Below the pieces are notes generated by a model that worked only from the letters and a program-made list of their open reading frames with translations, was not told where the DNA came from and made no database searches. A stretch of 64,000 nucleotides of DNA from Paramecium tetraurelia. Its lineage: Eukaryota. The DNA lies in contig CT868252.1 of NCBI GenBank assembly GCA_000165425.1, positions 1 through 64,000 on the forward strand, read 5' to 3'. Shown piece after piece: positions 42,297 to 55,641 of this stretch (within the stretch, counting starts at the first letter, position 1; the number at the start of each line of letters is the position of its first letter). A program made the translations under genes and the position numbers.

Positions 42297-42705
42297 ATGT
42301 CAGAGAAATCAGATAAAGAATAGGGATGTAAATAATAATAATAATTAAAGTGTATAATAGGTTTATTTATTCTGAGAATATACGATTGAAAAAAGATTGG
42401 TTTATGAAAATATAGGGACGTAAATTATGAAATCAATTACAAAGACTTAATTCTGTGAATCCTACCATCAATACCAAATTCCCATAATTGAAGAAAATAA
42501 AATAAAAGACGAATCTAAAGAAATTGATAGCCAAAACAGTAAACTTATGAGCACATCTATCAATCACCACTGTTAAGATACTTTCTCACCTATACAGGAG
42601 AGAAGTCTAACCAAAATATAAAAACGCCATTCTTTCTTATTTCCAAAATAAACACCAGGGAGAGATCCTTATAAAATAATCATGTATATGACAAAACTAC
42701 TTTGA
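42297..42705 (+). CDS. Small hypothetical protein
   Basis: ~110-codon open frame ending ...PGRDPYKIIMYMTKLL TGA; linkage to the ATG at 42297 needs a 25-nt intron with an atypical GAG end. Confidence 0.4.
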
Positions 42706-42785
42706 TCATTTTTCAATTATTCCTCTTAAATTGTTATATATTGCATAATAAAAATAAATAAATTTTCTAAAAATGATTCAAAATA

Positions 42786-45700
42786 TCATTTAGATTCTAG
42801 TCTTCTTGCAGTATTTTCTTCCAACCAGCGAATGAAAGATTTGTCCTAATATCTTCCGAATATTTCTTTATGAAAGTATGATTCTGCTGCAACCAAAGCA
42901 GCCTATTAATACTCTTCAAATACTTTTGGATCAGTACAATCCATTTATGCCATACTCTCTTTGTAATTTATAAATCAAATATATACCTTAAAGATCATAC
43001 TCTGGAATTATTCTGAGGTATTTTCCTTCATGTCTTTTGAGTTCAAGATCCACAAAATCTTGATTACTTTCACCAAAAGCATCTATTATCTTCCCGACAC
43101 TCAATAACCCTTCATCAACTTGTAGTTGTTACTTCTACTTGGCCACTCCAGTTGAGAGACTTAAAAGGAAGAAATTGTCCTAATCTCTATTCAACATACA
43201 CTTTCTGAGGTCTTCCAAAACAAAATTGGATGGGTTGTTGACTCCTATACCCCCATCAATAAATTGATACTCTTTTCCTGCTAAAGATTTGATTTAGGCA
43301 GCAGGAAAATAGGTTGGTGCAGCTGAAGTGGCTCTTCCTACATCCTTCATTAAGAAATTCTCTGTAAGATCAACTTTGGCTTTCCTTGAACTAAATACTT
43401 TAGCAACTGTCTCTCCTCTCTGCTTTTGTAATTTGACAGCTGTAACTATCACATTTGTATTTTAAATGGTTTCACTCAACTTCACAGTTCCGCAATGTCT
43501 AGATAATACATTCTCTATCCCCTTGGCATCATACTTAGATTTACTCATGATATTCCAAACCCCTCTCTTTGAATCCTCAAATATTGTCTTCCCTTCCTCA
43601 GTGAATAGCTTGATCAAACCATCCTTATCTACTAATGAACTCTAACCATCTTTAGTCCCAGCCATAGTTAAGGCCAACATCCCTCCAATAGATGTGCCTC
43701 CAATGCTATCGAACAATTGATATGGCTCTTTCTTCATCTAAGTACACAAGTAATTCAAGATAGTTGCTGGTAACAATCCTCTCATTCCTCCTCCATCCAA
43801 AGACAACCCAGTATAACTGTAATCTGAGACATCTATCCTCAGAGTGTCTTATTTAACAAACTTCTCACTTAACATAGTTTCCTTTTGTTCTTTCTTCTCT
43901 CTAAAGTAGTTTATTTTGGACATTCCTAATTTATAATAGGTTCTCTGCTTTAATTCCTAATCCAAAATATGTAAATCAAAGAACAATACGGTTTAACTAC
44001 CTTGATAGAGTTTAGTTAAGAGTCTCAGAGAATCATCATCAATTGTTGGAAGAGTGATTGAAAGTGTAATTAATTTATCAAATAGATAAGAGATCTCTTT
44101 CTTAAAGCTTTTCAAAGTCAAATCTAAATATTATAAGGTTTAACTTTTAATCAACTCTTCAAACATTAAATTTGAATCTATGGTTTCATTTTAAAAGAAT
44201 AATTGACTCAAAGATTTGTTCTAACCAATCGATTTAGAGAGTTCCTGAGTAGTTTCTGGATTAAACTTGTTTCTTCTCAAATCCAATGCTTACAAATTGT
44301 AACTCTAACATAAGAATTTACAAAATGATGATATGTCTTAATCTATTTAAAAACAATTCTATAATGTTAAATTCTTCAAATAGATCATCTAATTTTCCTT
44401 ATTTTACCATTGTTGCTATTCCAATTTCGCTAGCAATTCAAATTTAGCATTTCCAACACTATTATGACTCAAATTCAAAGAATTGAGAGGAGTCTTTACA
44501 ACCTTATCTGATAAGGCCTATTCAAATAAGTGGTTTAAACCTTAACTTGTAATCTAATTCCTACTCAGATCTATGTATCTCAGATTCTCACATTCCCAAA
44601 ATTACTTACTTATGGATATCAACATATTATCATCTATTCCTGCATTGCTCAAATTCAAATGTTGAATATTAATCACACTGAATGTACCTTCATTAAATAT
44701 CTCGTATAAATTGTCTACAGTCAAACTATTCCCTGAGAAATCCAAGGATGGAAAATGTAGGTATTTATCTGATTGTTTCAAATTTGAGAGGTACTTTTCA
44801 ATGATTGAACTCTTAATCATTTTCAAATTAGCAAAACTCACCTTTATGAACTATTTATAATAGGATATCTATTGCAACAATTAAATTATCTTTTCCAAAA
44901 CAGATTCACTCGCACTTGGAATTGTTATCCATTCAATATTCTATAAGAATTACTTCACTGTCTAATTCACTAAGTATTACTCTCTACCTATACTACTCTC
45001 GATTATTGAAGAAAGATCAATTAAAAATTAATCCAAGAATTTTCGTTTATCTTCACTTTTATGACAAATCAAGGATTGCAATTCTAAAGTGTTGATAAAT
45101 TAATTCTTAAATAAACATTGAAATATCCCAAAAATGTACACTTTCTTGCCTTTATCATCAAGTTATTTGGATAAAAATGTTAAAAACTAACTTTGTTAAT
45201 CTTCAATTACAATTCCACTTTTCACCAAGTAAGTTGGCAGTGGGGATCTTGAATTTTAATCAGTAAATAGAAATTTTTCATAGATATCACCCAATAACGA
45301 GAACATAAACTCCACATATGTTTTTTAGAACGAGGACTCCTCTTCATTAACCTTAATGATTTTCTTATTTGCTAACTGTTTGAAAGCCCCATTTGATGTG
45401 ATATCATCAAAGATTACTTATATTCCTTATAACATCCACATCTCTACTATCTCTTGCTATAGTTATTTGCTCCCTTTCGCCTAAATCTTATTTAATTGAT
45501 TGATCGTATAGACTTATGTTAATTAGGGACAATTATTCACATTCAAATTCTGCAGGAATTACCCACTCATTTCAATTGATTTTATGTTTGGTAACTCTGA
45601 AGCCAATAGAGTCTTCAATCTCAAAAATTGTAATTTCTTTTAGACTCCTAATTGAATTAATCCAGCACACCCACTGATATTCAATACATGCAATTCACTG

Positions 45701-48700
45701 CATTTATAACAAATCTCATTAATAAAACTATCTGTAATTGTATCAATATATGAAATATTTAATATCTTAATTCTTATTAATTCAAATTGCATGAATATTT
45801 ACGAGAATTATCTATACGATAAACAACTAAAGTTTACATATTCAAAAGGTTAATTGTAATCTTATGAATATTTTAGTAGACTTTCTAGCATTACTGAGAC
45901 TTGTGATTCCTTCAGATTCCTCCAATCGGTTGAATTTATTAATAATTAAAAGTGATTTGGTTTCTTTATGATTTGTAACTTTTTACTGAAATCCTCTACT
46001 TCAGTCAACAGTCTCGTGTACTTTAACACCATCTTCAAACCTTTTGATGGCCCAATTGAATTTTTTAATTGGAAACTGGAAGGATACTTGGAAAATGAAA
46101 AGGATTCTCTAAAAGAAATAAAATCTTGTCTAGTCAAACAAATAGGTAAGGTACTTGAGAGTTCATTGAATTTTTATATCAAATTTAATGAGCTATTGTT
46201 TATAAGAGTTTGATAATATTCTCCTAAATTTGGATCACATTGTTTAAGCAGATCTAAATAGGTTATGTTCTATTTGGCTTATTAGATTAAAGTTGCACGA
46301 TGTATCAAAGCAATCATGTTTTCTTTGTTAAGTGGCAAAATTAAGATAGACTGTGTCTTATCGACCTTTAAATCGAGCTAACTTAATTGTTTCAACCATT
46401 ATTGCAAAATGATAGTTAAATTTGAAAATGCGCTTAAATATTTTGGATCTATCTTTTCATTCATAAACTGTGTGAGAAAATAGATGTTTTTACAACATAA
46501 ATTGATTTTATCACCCTCTCTCTCAAATCCACAAATATTTATTAAATTGTCGTGTTTTGGATCAAAATAAAAGTTTGTTGTAACAGGAGCAAAGTAATTT
46601 CCACAAGGTACTAGCAATTCTTAGTCAGGAGTAATGTTAGTAGGGAGTAGAAGAATGCTCAATAGGATTTTGTATGCTAAATTCTAGGAACCTATTTTGT
46701 TTATTAAATTTGATTCATTGAAGTGATGATGTAACATATATTGAGCTATTGTAAATCTAATCCTTTATCCTTCAATCATCGTGTTGATCACTTCATAAAT
46801 GGAGTAAATTTAACCCTTATGAGTGGCCAATTCAACCTTGGAGATAAATTAATCTAATGAGATCAATTTATAAAGAGATATGGCCATATATTTTTAGAGT
46901 GGGAAGTTGGGTTGCATGAACAGGAGAGAATTATCCTTCACATTAAGCAATGCGAAATGTTTATCAAAATTTTGATTGATTATCGTATTCAAATTGACTT
47001 CTAAGTAATTAGGCAAATCTTATCTGTTATCCAAAAGGTTATTGTTGAAAATACACTCATATTATTGACTTGTAAAATGGACTGACCCTTTGTATAGTAT
47101 TTAGAATTCATATTATCCACTTTGTTTTGTCATCTGAGTCCAAAAGTAGTTCCATCCCAAACTCCCCAATAGATGGGGATAATATTTTTCAACACCTTCG
47201 AAGACTTGATTATGAAACTTTTATAATTAATCGTCATCTTCTAATAAATAATCAAAGAAGTTGTTTCTTATTTTTCTATTATTTTCTATTGATAGCAATT
47301 TCAAAAATAAATTAAACTTTTTATGTTTAAGTGAGCTTTCAGCAATTGAAAGTTGTCCTAAACCAACAATGTTATGCATCTTCTTATTCATCAAATACAA
47401 TATTATTTTATTGCATTACTCATCTGTTTAATCGATTCCTGAGATTGATTCAAATAAATTCAAATTCAATTCTTGAAATTTGTTGCCTAAAAATTGAATT
47501 GCTAATAATTCAACAAGGAAAGTATTTTTAAATTATGAACTTGATTGTGCATATTAATAATTAGCTTGAAATGCTTACTTCCATAATTCATAATCAAACC
47601 ATGACTTATTAAAATTTCGTATGACAGGATCATAAATTTCATCTTAATGATTTTTAAATTATGTATCTAAATTGTAAAAGTTTGTATATGCCAAATAATC
47701 TATGAGCTTGATTCTATTGATTAAACTGATATCATAATTGATATTCAATTTTTAGAAAAATTCTATTACTGTGAAAGATGGCGACTTCAACACTTGTTTA
47801 TTCTGTTTATCCACCTCCTACTTTAATTCTCTCAATTGATTATTGTACTTAATCAGCAAATACCCATCAACGAGTTTGTGCATAACTTCTTCTAAATTTA
47901 ACTTATTTATAAAGTCTTCATACTCAGTTAATTTTTATAGTTTGCTCGTCTCCAACCGCATGAATTGGAAAAACAAAGGGTTCAATAATTGAGTGATCTA
48001 TATTAATTTTACATTGTAATTTTACGGAAATATTACTTCCTAAATGTAAATAAATGTATCTTCCATCTTCTTGACTCGTTTATAAGTGATGGAAATAACT
48101 TCTTCGCTGATTTACATTGATTTAATTCTATCCTGATTTGTTTTAGAATGATAATTGAAATCAAAAATTTATGTTTCTGCAAGGAAATCAAGAAATTTGA
48201 GAAATGCTGCAAATATATCCTTTGGTTTGATTGCATTGAATTCTTGTAAGTCGTAGGAGGCTTCAAAGATATCTTTCTTAAAATGAAATAACGGATTTTT
48301 AAATTGCTCATATTGTGTAATTTATTATTGCATAGCATTTCCATAGAAGGCTTATAAAGTGCCAAAGTATTTTGGGACTAAGTGATCCAAATGATCGGAA
48401 ACAAAAAGGGATAAATAATGTTTAGCAAATTCGTTTTTGTTTATGTTTAATTCAGACTCGTCTTTAATTTGGGTTACGAAATAGTATTAATATCGTTTTG
48501 GTTTATTTGTAAGGGTCAATCGGATGACAAAGCCAGGGGGTAGATCGAGGCCAAAAAGTTCAGATCTCAAAACATATGACAGCAGATATCTTTGATAGTA
48601 GAACACTTAACTTATTCTGGTCATGTGAAAGCCTTCTTTTTGCAATTATTATATGAAATTTTCATCCTAATTTAAAATAAGGGTTGCCATCTCTTTAGAT

Positions 48701-49227
48701 ATATTGTTGGGCTAATTTAGTGGAGATTTCATTTAGACTTACTCTTCAAATTACTTAATTTGCTTTAACAGATTGATTTATTATTCAATGATTTTCAATT
48801 ATTGATGTATTCCTGAATAGGGATGAATAAATTAAGACATGCAGATTAAATCATTTACTTCTTAAGTTAGGATTTCCAATAATCTATCTCTGGATAATCT
48901 TCCAATTTATGGAGAATTAGTGGGCAAATAATTGGATTATAAATGTTATTTTTTAAGTTTTTTAATAAAATCAGCCAATTTTCTAAAATACTTCATTTCA
49001 TTATATTCAACTGTTATACCTCTATCATTTTCAATGCTGAGAAAAGAGTAGTTTTCTTCTGATAATTAATTTAAATATTGATTTTCTTATTCCTAAATAT
49101 TGTCACCATATTGTAAATTGAGTTGTTATAGATATTACTTGAGTTTGATTCTACATGTAGCAAATTCATCAGGCTTGGCATTCAATTTTTAATAGAACTC
49201 ATTAACAAACTTTTGTAATTTTTCCAT
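42786..49227 (-). CDS. Giant (~2137 aa) protein: two degenerate atypical-kinase-like modules, LRRs and C-terminal patatin phospholipase
   Basis: 6442 nt minus one 28-nt intron (42959-42986) = 2138 codons. Patatin motifs LSLDGGGMRG, GGTSIGG, ATSAAPTYF and FIDGGIGVNNP. LRRs such as LHVLNISGCAGL, LDFSGNSL, IQHLNLSNAGI, LRYIDLSRNQI, LNSLNLSHNSV. Confidence 0.9.
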
Positions 49228-49330
49228 AATAATTAAATAATCATAATTTCGAGAAATTATCGAACATTCTTCAAGATATAGTTTTGATTAATTTACAATG
49301 AATAGGGAATTATATATATATATTTAATTT

Positions 49331-50520
49331 TCAGTGTATTTGCAATCTTTCTCTCAAGTACTCCTTCAGAGTCACAATTTTATCTTAAATGTGATCCACA
49401 ATCCTTGAAATCAAATCAAGCGATTAAACTCTTTGTTAAGATTCCATTTAATAAATTTCCTACTGTTGTCTGCACCATTAATCTTGACCATCCAAATTAT
49501 TCTAAACTTAAATTAATTCATTACTTAATTTCTCTCTACCTCAGCCTAATGATACTCAACTTTCCCTTCAGATTCTTCAATTATGCTCTAGTAATTCAAG
49601 ATTGCCTATTCTAAATTCTACCTCTGATCCTAGAGAGTGTTTCTCTCATTGATAAGATCCGATAAGAACTTCTACCACCCTTAAGACTATTATTTCTCAA
49701 TGTCCTCATCCTAGGATTTGCTCTCCACGATTTGGACTCTTAAGTTGGCTAACAGTTGTAACACCTTCTTTGCTTGATCTGCATCTGCTCTTGAGCTCAT
49801 TTAAGTCATCATGGATATGATCGGTTAAAACAATAATCCAGCAGATGTAGATTGACTAGAATTCAAAATCACTAATTTACTTTTATAATCTGGACAACAC
49901 TTTGGTAAATCTGCTTTTCACTTATATGAATGAAGATCCACCGGATAAATGTTCAATCAATGCATAAGCTTCATCAATAGCAGAAATTGATTCTATGTGA
50001 TCTTTTTGTTTCGATTAAAATTCAGAGTATTAAAGATCTCTTTCACTCTAACCCTCATTTGTTTTTCTTAGGTTTTCTTCAATTTCCACAGAGACCTCAG
50101 CAATTTTGTTTAAAGAACGTTCTAAATTCCTTTAGTTTTCCTCATTTATAAATTCAAACTACTTACTTCAACGATTTTAGAATGAGCTTTAAATTACTAT
50201 TGATGGTAAGCCAAATTTGTAGCAAAGTCATGCAATAATCTGTTACAAGAAGCCTACGTATTTTGTATAAATAGGTCAGCATCTTTTTATTCTTATTCAA
50301 TCATAAATCTATACTAATAAAGCAAATCATAATACCTAATATTATTAATATAACTTTGGATTTCATGAACTGGTGAACCTGTTGCTAAGCCTATCTGAAT
50401 AGCATTTAAAAATATCCTTCCAGAGCGTTACGTGTCTATTTCTGTCAGAATAGTTTTGGAATCCTTCATAGTGGCTGATACCATCACTAAATATAGACTT
50501 AAGACATATGAAAATCTCAT
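49331..50520 (-). CDS. Trichocyst matrix protein family member
   Basis: Signal peptide, then KTILTEIDTQRSGRIFLNAIQIGLATGSPVHEIQSYINNI...QEQ..D...C; heptad coiled coils typical of Paramecium trichocyst matrix precursors. Confidence 0.8.
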
Positions 50521-51278
50521 TAATTAAAAATAGTAAATTAAAAACGTATATAACTAAATATGTGATAATTCCATTATTTCATTCAATGACATGATAATGA
50601 TATCACGCTGCATGAAATTTATTGCTAACCAAATTTATGGCCAATAAGCTTTGCAAAACAATTGTTTGAAACCTCATAACCTGTCATTAATCCTCTAGAA
50701 TTTTAACTAAATGAAAATGAAAATTACTTTTACAATATTCTCATATATTATTCATTAATTCAATTAAATATTGATTTCCAAACAACTTGTATCACTTCAT
50801 AGTTATCTAAAATCAACATTTTTCTTACCCTGTATTCAGCTTGAATATGTTATTTATAACAGTATTTTCTTAAGATTCGATCTTCATTAAATTATTGTTC
50901 TATACCAGAAATCTCTGCCATCTTCTTCATTGCCGCTGTAATAAATAATGTTCCCATCATATAGAGTTTATTCTGAATATTATGCGTTGTATATGTAAAT
51001 CATGAAACACATAATTTTTTTTGACTAACTATAAACTTTCTCTTTTTTTTGTATTTTAGATCTTACTTACTCTCTCTCCTTTCCAAAGATTTACTGCTAC
51101 ATTCTTATATTAATTATTAAATTACCTTTGATGTCGGTGTTTTCTTTTTTCTATTATTTCTATTGTTATTATCTTCAAATAATGCCCACAACAAATATTT
51201 TGATTATTGTATAAGTGATAAAATTGAGATTGCTATGTTATCTAATTAAATTTATAAGATGTATATAAGTAAATTAAT

Positions 51279-53504
51279 TCATTTTTCATCTTCTGACACA
51301 TTCTCTTTACCTATAATTTGTTAATTTATAGGATTTTTGGTGCCTCCCTTCAAACATTTGTATATCTTTTTGTTTTGTCTAAATGAAGAATTGACCTCAG
51401 ATGTATCCAACATGGAATTCTTTTCCAATCTCTGTAATTCTTTTAACTAATCATATTTCACAAACAACTTCTGATTTTCTACGCTAAGTCTGTTTACCTC
51501 TTCTGATAATTTCTAATTGATATTAAATAATAAAAGTACAAAGATTTTGAGTTGTCTATCATCAATCAATTTCTTTAGTTTCTGACATTCTCTTTAATAC
51601 TTTTATTTCTCATTAATCACTTGATGCACTCCTTCCAACATTTTCTCTATGTTATTATTTAACTCTTTGCATTTCTCATCATAATTCCTATTATCTATTT
51701 CAATATTCGTCATTCATACTTTTAGCCAATTAATTCTCTAATTTTAATGACTTTGCTTTTTCTGCATCTAAAAGCTGTTAAGTCTTTTCCAAAGTTTCTA
51801 AGAGTTCTTATTGACTGCTATTGTCAGTCTGCAATTCCAAATTCTATTTCTTTAATTGAGCTACTTACGTATGTAACTCAGCCAATTAATCATCTACATA
51901 AATATTAATGATTACTTTGAATATTGAATTCCTTTTTATCGTCTGTTAAGAAGGCCATTAATTATTCATTCAATTAATCCTTGTGATGTTTCTTATATAA
52001 ATAGGTAATCTATTTTAATTTAGAAGTGACTCTCTCCTTCACAAAGTTGTCAATGAGAGTCAAAACCTAATCATCCTCAAAGATGTCTTTCTCTCCATTT
52101 TGACCAAGCTTTTAAGACAAAGTTCTTTGGATATTAGACAGCTTCTTTTAATAGTCAGTCTCCATCCTCAGATACTGATGTTCATAATCCTAAATCTCTA
52201 TTAATGATATTATCCTAATAATTACTTTCTTGCATTTCATCCTCTTTTATTCTCAATTAGTTTCTTAATTCTATTTCCTTCTATTAACTGATAAATTGAG
52301 CCTATTTAAACATCTCTATTTCTTACTCGTACTTAGCCATTATCTATTACATTTATAATAACTATTCACTATTATTTGGAATATCAGAATTAAAATCCTC
52401 CTATATATCCTTCAAAATCTCCTTATCTTCTTCACTAATCACAATGCCTTTTTTGAATTATGATAATTGCTCCTACAATACCAATATTTCTCTTTCCTTC
52501 TCTTAGACAATCATCTTCAATTCTTCCACAGTATGTTCCTTATTTATTTTTGGCTTGTTCTTGATTGCCTTTGCTCTAACTCCGAATCTCAAAGTAGAGA
52601 GAGTCTCCTGCAAATTAAATTGAGCAGGAGAACATGTTATAATAAGTGTAGTTCTACTGTTACCACCAAAAGAACACTGCAATATTCTTGTTAATTTTGA
52701 ATCTCTGTATGGCACATGTTAACTTCCATCTGTAAGTGCATTAATCACCTAACCTAAGGCTGACAATGACTTGTTGATCCCCTTGGCTTCATCCAAGATT
52801 TTCCCCTCTGCTCCTGTTTTAGACACCTTTTCACTACCCGCCAAATCTACCAAAAATAGTTTGCCTGTTTTGGCAGACTAATCTCTTAAGTCTATAGATT
52901 AAACTGTCATTAAAAATATCATGTGTGATCGAGATGACTATTCATTCATATTAGTGCTTGCTATCATTCGATTAGCATTGCACATCTTCAATATATCATA
53001 TATTTCTGATTAATCAGCTATTGATGTTTCAGTTACTCCTTCTATGTATGTTGAATGATTTTTATCCTCTCTTATTTTCAGATCTGTTTTCTTGATGTTT
53101 TACAAGTCTCTCACTTTTTCCATGTATAACTCTGTCACTGATATTTTTATTCGGTACTCTACATAATCGGGACTGGCTTCAATATAATCAAACACTGTAT
53201 TGACCATTCTTTTTATTATTCCTTAATCATCTCCAGTCGTCCCTTCCATCGTATGGGTCTTTCCAGATCCAGTTTAGCCATAAGCTACCACAGTCCCATT
53301 GAATCCCTCTAAGACTCCTTAAATTACTGGCTCTGCTGCCACCTTAAATACATCAATTTATTTTCCTGGATGGAATATATGATCGAAATTGAATTGTTGG
53401 TTTTCTATGAGAACACTTCTTTCATCTGCGAAGTAGATTTAGCTTTCAACCTATCCAGGGATGGGAGGTCTAAATCGACATATCACTTGAATATTTGTAG
53501 TCAT
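51279..53504 (-). CDS. Kinesin heavy chain (kinesin-1-like)
   Basis: [68 protein letters not shown]; coiled stalk; IAK-like tail IYKCLKGG. Confidence 0.95.
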
Positions 53505-53753
53505 ATTAAAATTCAAAATAATTAATGTTTCGAACTGTTAATTTAATTAATTAAAAATATTAAAAAAACTAAGGTCATTCCTTTTTATATCAAATACTAA
53601 CTAATTAATAGGAAACTAACTTTAGATAATTTACAAATCACATGAACCTTCCTTATAATATTATCAATTAAACATGTCTTGTAACAAATATATATATTCA
53701 ATTCTTAATTCAAATTTTATAATAAATACAAATAAATATAAATAATTACTATT

Positions 53754-54624
53754 ATGGCCAACGAAGCAAGACTCTAATCCTTACAAAATTGGAAAGCCTC
53801 CCTTGAGTTAAAGAAAATACTCGATAGCCAAGGGTAATTCATCATATTTAATCCAATTTTAGAATTGATCACCAAAATTAAGATTATTTGGCTTAATTGA
53901 CTTATAAGATTGCAGAAAGAGCTTTTGGAAGCCAAAGCAAAAATAATCTTGAAAGCAAAGTGTGCCAGATGGTGGAATAACAAACTTGTGCAATTTGCTT
54001 TGAACTCATGGTACCTCCTTAGTATTCTCCCATCCTATTATTTCCATGTGGACACTCATTTTGTAAATCTTGTGTTTTAGATGGGACAAAGTTAAGAATC
54101 CAGAAATGCAGTCTTTGTAGGTCAAAAATAAGTGCACATGCAATTAATTTGGGTTTATAAAATTTAATCTGCACCTTTGCAGAGTAGAAATAGCAGATTC
54201 CAAAATAAACTGAATAAATGGCAGTTCAAGATCACGCAACGATGCCCAAAGAAAATGCTTTCACTAATCAATACAGAATGTTTAAGCTTAGATGCGATAT
54301 TCTTGAATAGGAAAAGTAGCAGCTGCAAATCTAAACTAAAGAGTTAAAAAATGAATTAGTGGAACTGGAAAGGAAGGTTGTATCTTTGCAATCAGAGAGG
54401 GAGAAGATTATCTCAAAATAAGCCATGCTTTAAAATAATGTAAAATATCAATATCATTGCAGTTAGATTAAGTTAATTAAGGACTTTAGACTATTGTGGA
54501 TAGAAGTAAGGCCATAACTGTAAAAATATATAACATATAAGAATAAATGAAAATTCTGGATGAAACTATGAAACCTCTTCAATAGGAAATGAATAAATAT
54601 GAAGTTTTGGCCAAATCAGCTTGA
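53754..54624 (+). CDS. RING-HC finger + coiled-coil protein (putative E3 ligase)
   Basis: CAICFELMVPPQYSPILLFPCGHSFCKSC...CSLCR; coiled-coil C-terminus; one 23-nt intron. Confidence 0.88.
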
Positions 54625-54639
54625 TTGTTATTATAAATA

Positions 54640-55400
54640 AATTGCAATCTCTATTTACAAATGCTTCAAATGCTGATCTGAAATCTATTTTTTTCCTTAC
54701 TTAATCGAAAACCGAAATGTCTTATGATCTCTATTCCTTATAAGTACATTAGAAATCTTCCAAATCATCAAGATTGATAGATATCTATGATATGTTTAAT
54801 TTCGTTACTTCTTCCTCATCCTCCTCCTAATGTTCTTTGAATTTGCTTACAATGATATATTTTTCATTTTAAAGATTGTCTTTATTTAAATCTTTTTGAG
54901 AACTAATTTCAGTTTGTAAATCATCAATTTAATCTTACTTCTTCAACTCGTCGAATTAAGAAAGAATGTCTAATTTTTTGATCTATTTGAGACATGACTT
55001 GGGATTTGGTGTGTTCCCATCTTCAAAATCATTGAAATCTTTTGAATTTATAACATCATTCAAATTATTGGGAGTCATTTTTAAAGAAGATTCTTCTGAG
55101 AGATTTCTCCATTCAATTATGCTGTAGAAGTGTTCATACTCCTCAAGATCTGAATAGTTTCTAGTTTCTTCATCAGAGGATGTCTAATCATCGAAGCATC
55201 TGCCCTTAGTTGAACTTGAGATTTTTCTGCTCAGTTGTCTTCTCTTTTTGCTTACTCAAATACTCAGAGGGACACTTGTAAATAGAGTGAATAATGTTTT
55301 TATCAAAACAAAATGTTACACTTTTAGTTTTCTTTCCATCTTCATCCTCTTTTGTCTATATATCTTGTACTATTTAATTTATAACTAATTAAAAATATCA
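54640..55400 (-). pseudogene. Acidic hypothetical gene remnant, apparently frameshifted
   Basis: Coding-like acidic stretches (KSVTFCFDKNIIH; DQTSSDEETRNYSDLEE; EEDEEEV) fall in different frames, with TGA stops and no obvious restoring introns; boundaries approximate. Confidence 0.35.
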
Positions 55401-55641
55401 TAATACTGTTTTAATTCATAAGAAAATGAACATTGTTCAGTTTTCCAATCAAATTAATTATTAATTTAATTAAGAATCCAGTTTAGTTAGTTGACAATTT
55501 TGGTTCTATTTTAAAAATCCTATCAATTCCAAACATCAATACATTTCCACACATTCTGAATTATTTTCACATCAATACTGATCTTGAAAGGAATGAATTT
55601 TAAACAAAAATTTAGAATAAATTGTCGAATTTTTATTATTT

